Shown here one piece after another: positions 60,035-64,000 of a DNA stretch of 64,000 nt; position 1 is the first letter of the stretch, and each line of letters opens with the position of its first letter. This DNA comes from Promethearchaeota archaeon (lineage in GTDB: Archaea > Asgardarchaeota > Hermodarchaeia > Hermodarchaeales > Hermodarchaeaceae): contig JBHLPH010000001.1 of assembly GCA_048939625.1 (NCBI GenBank), forward strand, positions 96,001 to 160,000, given 5' to 3'. The notes beneath the pieces were generated by a model, which did no database searches, was not told the DNA's origin, and worked only from the letters and a program-made list of their open reading frames with translations. The translations under genes and the position numbers were made by a program.

Positions 60035-60415
60035 ATGAATATGGGTTCCCATCACATTCTTTTTGATGAAAATTTGAGCACCTCCCGAAAAACGCTAGCG
60101 GGTCAACTCTATCAAATACTCCTATCGAATAACTGGGTATGCCATTCTGTTCATGATTTCCCGGATTTAATTGGTCACCCTGACGAAGAAATCATCGCAT
60201 ATGCAAAGAAGCAGAAGTGGTCCTTACTAACCCTTGATAAACGAATGGCCTATTTATCCGTCAAAGAAGGAGTTCAAACCTACCTGATTCTTCACGAGAA
60301 ACGAAGTGATGAAGACGAAGAAATCGAAGAATATACGGTCGTTCATCTCGAACCCTTCGCTACTATCGAAGCCAGGAAAAGCTACGATGCCCGACTCACA
60401 GGACCCAGCAAATGA
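60035..60415 (+). CDS. PIN-like (DUF5615/Mut7-C-type) domain protein
   Basis: ILFDENL...DEEIIAYA...LLTLDK. Confidence 0.65.
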   Translation: MNMGSHHILFDENLSTSRKTLAGQLYQILLSNNWVCHSVHDFPDLIGHPDEEIIAYAKKQKWSLLTLDKRMAYLSVKEGVQTYLILHEKRSDEDEEIEEYTVVHLEPFATIEARKSYDARLTGPSK

Positions 60416-60427
60416 GAAAAGTGCAAA

Positions 60428-60790
60428 TTAGATTAGTCGCAATTCATGGACTTTTCCAATGAACTTATCGTAATCGCCTTTACTCACCGAATAGATGTGA
60501 TACTTTGAATTCCCAGAATCATCATCGTAGGTCAAATACATTAACGTGGGTCCACCAGTCCAACGTTCATAACTTTGACCAACAAGTCGATCAGAGGGAA
60601 AGGCATGTAGTCGTTTCTTTTCTTTCTTGAACGTACCCTTAACTTTAAGAAAGACGAATTCTTTTTCTGTGAGAACCAATTCGCCTTTCGTTTTCTCTAG
60701 CGTGTTAAATCCGGTTTCATCACGAATTTCATGCGTTGCTTTGATAGAAATGATTACTTTTGCACCACCGAAAGGATCAGCCTCAGTCAA
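60428..60790 (-). CDS. Hypothetical protein, possible PH/GRAM-like fold
   Basis: GELVLTEKEFVF strand pair and C-terminal helix; SD GAGGTG before TTG 60790. Confidence 0.55.
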   Translation of the reverse strand: MTEADPFGGAKVIISIKATHEIRDETGFNTLEKTKGELVLTEKEFVFLKVKGTFKKEKKRLHAFPSDRLVGQSYERWTGGPTLMYLTYDDDSGNSKYHIYSVSKGDYDKFIGKVHELRLI

Positions 60791-60909
60791 TACAGCCCAC
60801 CTCAATACAAACGTGACTAAGAAAGATAAAAGCGTTGGGAAGACTTCAAGCGTACCTTCCCAACTAGCTTCTTCTAAGTATCAAGTCGAGAAAAGGAAAA
60901 TTCATTCAA

Positions 60910-61944
60910 TTAGATTAGCGCATCGCTAACTTCACTAATGATCTGATGATAGATTGACTCTGCTTTCTGTTGGGATTTAATTCCTCGAATTAAGATATTG
61001 CCTTCCCCAACAATACTGACTTCAATTCCTTTCGCAAACTGTATTTGCACACCCATCGATGTTTGAGCTATAATAGGATACTTTTGTCGAAGAATAGCGG
61101 TTGCCTGTTTGATATCAATCGGAATGGCATCATATGCGTGTACCAAGAAGGTCTCCTCTGTACATAATTCTGTTATTTCAAGTCCAGCTTGAATCTTAGG
61201 TTCGGCTAGTTTAACCGCAGGTCCGCAGACTGGACAGTTCTCATGGGATTGCAGAGGAATCTGGTCAAGTCGAAAGCGTGTGATATCAAACATGAGAAGT
61301 TCGTTCGCTAGTAACGGTGGTTTATCGAGAATTAGATGCAACACCTCTTGTACCTGCAGATTAGCAATTACTCCCAACACCGTCGGATAGATCCCGACTG
61401 TCGCACAAGTCGGTTGATCCTCCTCCAAGCCACCAAATACACATTCGAGGCAGGCAGTTTTCCCAGGAATTATAGTTGTTAAATTGCCTACCCCAGCCAA
61501 TGCCCCAGCAAACACGTAAGGAATTCCCTGACGCACGCAAGCACGATTCAGGGCATATCGTGGCTTAAAACTATCTAAACCATCCACCACTACATCCATC
61601 CCTTTCACCACACGATCCGCCGTAGTTTCCGTCACCGAAAGCGCCCATGGTTCAACCGAAACCTCCGCATTAAGTTGCTTCAATCGATTCATTGCCACCT
61701 CCACCTTCGGCTTCCCCACATCCTCAGCCGTATACAGTAACTGACGCTGCAGATTCGAAAGTTCAATAATGTCACGGTCCACAATTCGAAGCGTGCCAAT
61801 CCCCAGTGAAGCCAATTGCCGAGCCGACACACTCCCTAATCCACCAATCCCAACAACCACAACTTTCGCCTCACGGATTCGCTCTAAACCCACTTTTCCA
61901 ATTCCATCAAGCACGCGGAATCGGCTATACCGATCTTCCGTCAT
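60910..61944 (-). CDS. ThiF/MoeB/UbaA E1-like adenylyltransferase
   Basis: GIGGLG, DRD..ELSNLQRQ, CLEC, TCATVG and CPVC motifs. Confidence 0.92.
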   Translation of the reverse strand: MTEDRYSRFRVLDGIGKVGLERIREAKVVVVGIGGLGSVSARQLASLGIGTLRIVDRDIIELSNLQRQLLYTAEDVGKPKVEVAMNRLKQLNAEVSVEPWALSVTETTADRVVKGMDVVVDGLDSFKPRYALNRACVRQGIPYVFAGALAGVGNLTTIIPGKTACLECVFGGLEEDQPTCATVGIYPTVLGVIANLQVQEVLHLILDKPPLLANELLMFDITRFRLDQIPLQSHENCPVCGPAVKLAEPKIQAGLEITELCTEETFLVHAYDAIPIDIKQATAILRQKYPIIAQTSMGVQIQFAKGIEVSIVGEGNILIRGIKSQQKAESIYHQIISEVSDALI

Positions 61945-62022
61945 TTATGGCACCACCATTTCACCGAGTACTAACTGGTACTGACAATTCTTGACCTTTT
62001 CTAAACTTCTATAGAAAGTGCC

Positions 62023-63915
62023 TTAAATCTGCATGATGAGCATGAACGCCACAAGCAGCGTATAAATAGCAAGGGCTTCCGCTAACACCACTGGCACCAT
62101 GGACTTACTGAATACTTCTGGTTTATTCACCAAGGCACCTACCATGGAGGCACCAGCCCACCCAATCGCGACACCTGCGACGAGACCACCAAGGCCAACC
62201 GTCAAAGCAGCAGACAATCCCGTAAATGCTGTCGACATTGTTACTGTATCCATCCGCATGACTAACATAAAGGCAGCTAACAAACCGTAAATGCCGAGAG
62301 CCTCTGCCAGCACAACACTGACCAGCCCTTTACTGAAGGTTTCAGGAGCAAACCGCAGACTAGCACATAACGCAGCACCACCAAGCCCAATACCAATCCC
62401 TCCACCCAAAGCGGCAAGGGAAATTGAAGATCCCGCAGATATTGCCATAATTCCTTGCGCCATCGCTTGTGCGACATCAGGAGCAGCCGCTACCGTATCG
62501 ATACGCATCACAACCATAAAGCCAATTAACAAACCGTAAATGCCGAGAGCCTCTGCCAGCACAACACTGACCAGCCCTTTACTGAAAGCTTCAGGTCGCT
62601 CAGCTATCGTTTGACTGAGTGACTCGCCAGCATAAGCAATACCAAAGCCAGCACCGATACAGGATACACCAATTGCAATACCTGCACCTATACCCATAAG
62701 TCCTTGTGCGACAGCGAAGCCGGGATCTGTGCTGAGTCCGTCGATTCGCATGATTAACATGAAACTTAATAGTAGCCCATAAATGCCGAGGGCCTCTGCT
62801 AGCACAACGCTAACAAGACTCTTTGAGAATGCATCTGGGGCCCGGACTAGACTTCGACTCAACGCACCACCAGCTTTGGAAATACCATACCCAGCCCCAA
62901 TCGCGGCGAGTCCTATAGCCATGCCTGCAGCGAGACCTACTAATCCCTCCCCAAACAAAGCGACCTGCTCTATTCGCATTAGCAACATGAAACTTGCTAA
63001 TAAGCCGTAAATTCCCAAGGCCTCTGCCAGCACCACGGCGACTAAGCCCTTGCTAAATATCTCCGGCTTCTCGACAAGACTATCGGAGAGGGCTTCACCT
63101 GCTGAAGCGATACCAATTCCTGCACCAAGTGCTGCTAGCCCTATAGCGAGCCCAGCAGCCAGTGCAATTGTTCCAGCAGCAAGTTGTTGTTCGAGGGCTC
63201 CAGTGATTTGTTCGATTCGCATTAGGAGCATGAAACTTGCTAATAAGCCGTAAATTCCCAAAGCCTCTGCAAGCACAACACTGACCAGCCCTTTACTGAA
63301 GGTTTCAGGAGCACGAACCAAACTCTTGCACAGAGATGAGCCAGATTTAGCAATTCCAATGCCTGCACCAACCGCAGCGATACCGATTGCAAGTCCTGCG
63401 GCAATAGCAATGAGCCCCGCTCCAGGATTCGTAGCCACAGCACCTTCAATACGCATGAGAAGCATGAAGCTTGCTAGCAACCCGTAAATGCCAAGGGCCT
63501 CAGCTAACACAACTGAAACGAGGGCTTTACTGAAGGTTTCAGGGGCCTCCGCTAGACTGGTGCACATGCTACTCCCAGCATAGGCAATGCCAATCCCTGC
63601 CCCGATGGCTGCAATACCAATCGAGAGTCCGGCTCCGAGGGCAATCATGCCTTGGACCATATTGGTGATTGATGGTAGACGCATGAGTATCATGAATGAA
63701 GCGAGTAAGCCGTAAATTCCCAAGGCCTCTGCGAGGACAACAGCAATCATGCTTTTGCTGAAGGTTTCAGGTTTTTCGGCGATGGTGCCGATCATGGCGC
63801 TACCGCTGAAGCCGATGCCGATGGCGGCGCCTGCGGCGCCGAGTCCGGCAGCCAGGAGCGCGCCGAATGTGGCAAGAACCTGTCCCATGGCTTCTGGGGG
63901 TATCAGCTGCAGCAT
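62023..63915 (-). CDS. atpK: A/V-type ATP synthase proteolipid (subunit K/c) with 8 fused hairpins
   Basis: Eight copies of P(E/D)xFSKxxxxVVLAEALxIY, each after a Gly/Ala-rich helix; ATG 63915 lies 5 nt after the atpI stop. Confidence 0.92.
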   Translation of the reverse strand: MLQLIPPEAMGQVLATFGALLAAGLGAAGAAIGIGFSGSAMIGTIAEKPETFSKSMIAVVLAEALGIYGLLASFMILMRLPSITNMVQGMIALGAGLSIGIAAIGAGIGIAYAGSSMCTSLAEAPETFSKALVSVVLAEALGIYGLLASFMLLMRIEGAVATNPGAGLIAIAAGLAIGIAAVGAGIGIAKSGSSLCKSLVRAPETFSKGLVSVVLAEALGIYGLLASFMLLMRIEQITGALEQQLAAGTIALAAGLAIGLAALGAGIGIASAGEALSDSLVEKPEIFSKGLVAVVLAEALGIYGLLASFMLLMRIEQVALFGEGLVGLAAGMAIGLAAIGAGYGISKAGGALSRSLVRAPDAFSKSLVSVVLAEALGIYGLLLSFMLIMRIDGLSTDPGFAVAQGLMGIGAGIAIGVSCIGAGFGIAYAGESLSQTIAERPEAFSKGLVSVVLAEALGIYGLLIGFMVVMRIDTVAAAPDVAQAMAQGIMAISAGSSISLAALGGGIGIGLGGAALCASLRFAPETFSKGLVSVVLAEALGIYGLLAAFMLVMRMDTVTMSTAFTGLSAALTVGLGGLVAGVAIGWAGASMVGALVNKPEVFSKSMVPVVLAEALAIYTLLVAFMLIMQI

Positions 63916-63920
63916 TGCTA

Positions 63921-64000
63921 TCACTTCTTGGTGGTTGGTTCGGTGGTGGTCCATTTATCAGGGAGTTCGAGAGGCGTATACTCATACCCCGTGCCAGCAT
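63921..64000 (-). CDS. atpI: C-terminal end of A/V-type ATP synthase subunit I (partial)
   Basis: Frame reads AGTGYEYTPLELPDKWTTTEPTTKK*, matching the subunit a/I terminal GxGxxYxP pattern; immediately upstream of atpK. Confidence 0.65.
   Translation of the reverse strand, partial: AGTGYEYTPLELPDKWTTTEPTTKK

Noticed and set aside
62023-63915. Periodic repeats as a CRISPR array
   Set aside because: The repeats are in-frame coding units of the proteolipid; no cas genes or repeat-spacer array seen in the window
63800-64000. 66-aa minus-strand ORF and the 63954 start of atpK
   Set aside because: Another frame encodes the atpI C-terminus ending at 63921, favouring an atpK start at 63915

Overview
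Archaeal chromosomal window (GatD/GatE, two TFBs, archaeal-type TpiA and GlyRS, A/V-type ATPase genes). An eL22-like ribosomal protein and a small GTPase/roadblock pair suggest an Asgard-type lineage, which is an inference. In order it holds: an MgtE-like pair; an NfnA/NfnB-bracketed sugar-catabolic cluster (SCP2, 2-hydroxyacid dehydrogenase, FGGY kinase, class II aldolase, AOR); a KaiC-like / extended GDH / RHH regulator / Pat-acetylase block; ppa; tRNA-Arg(TCT); a SAMP/MoaD protein; a decayed IS200/IS605 tnpB element; gatDE; glyS; GTPase-thioredoxin-roadblock; tpiA; mscL; tandem tfb; a RIO kinase; fdhD; hut genes; a PLD-Alba fusion; an ABC exporter; a P-type ATPase; and a scattered A1Ao ATP synthase locus. 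The most striking observations are: (1) a proteolipid gene fusing eight Glu-bearing hairpins in one polypeptide; (2) a membrane-anchored PLD-PLD-Alba fusion in a cluster with a HeH/Rho_N-domain membrane protein and an ABC exporter; (3) a small GTPase with a CxxC in switch I and Leu at the catalytic Gln position, with thioredoxin between it and its roadblock partner; (4) several unannotated short ORFs with a Shine-Dalgarno (SD) site, two of them with anti-SD fold-backs; (5) phased TGTACA boxes shared by the gdh and RHH-regulator promoters. All calls come from reading motifs by eye; no database searches were run.
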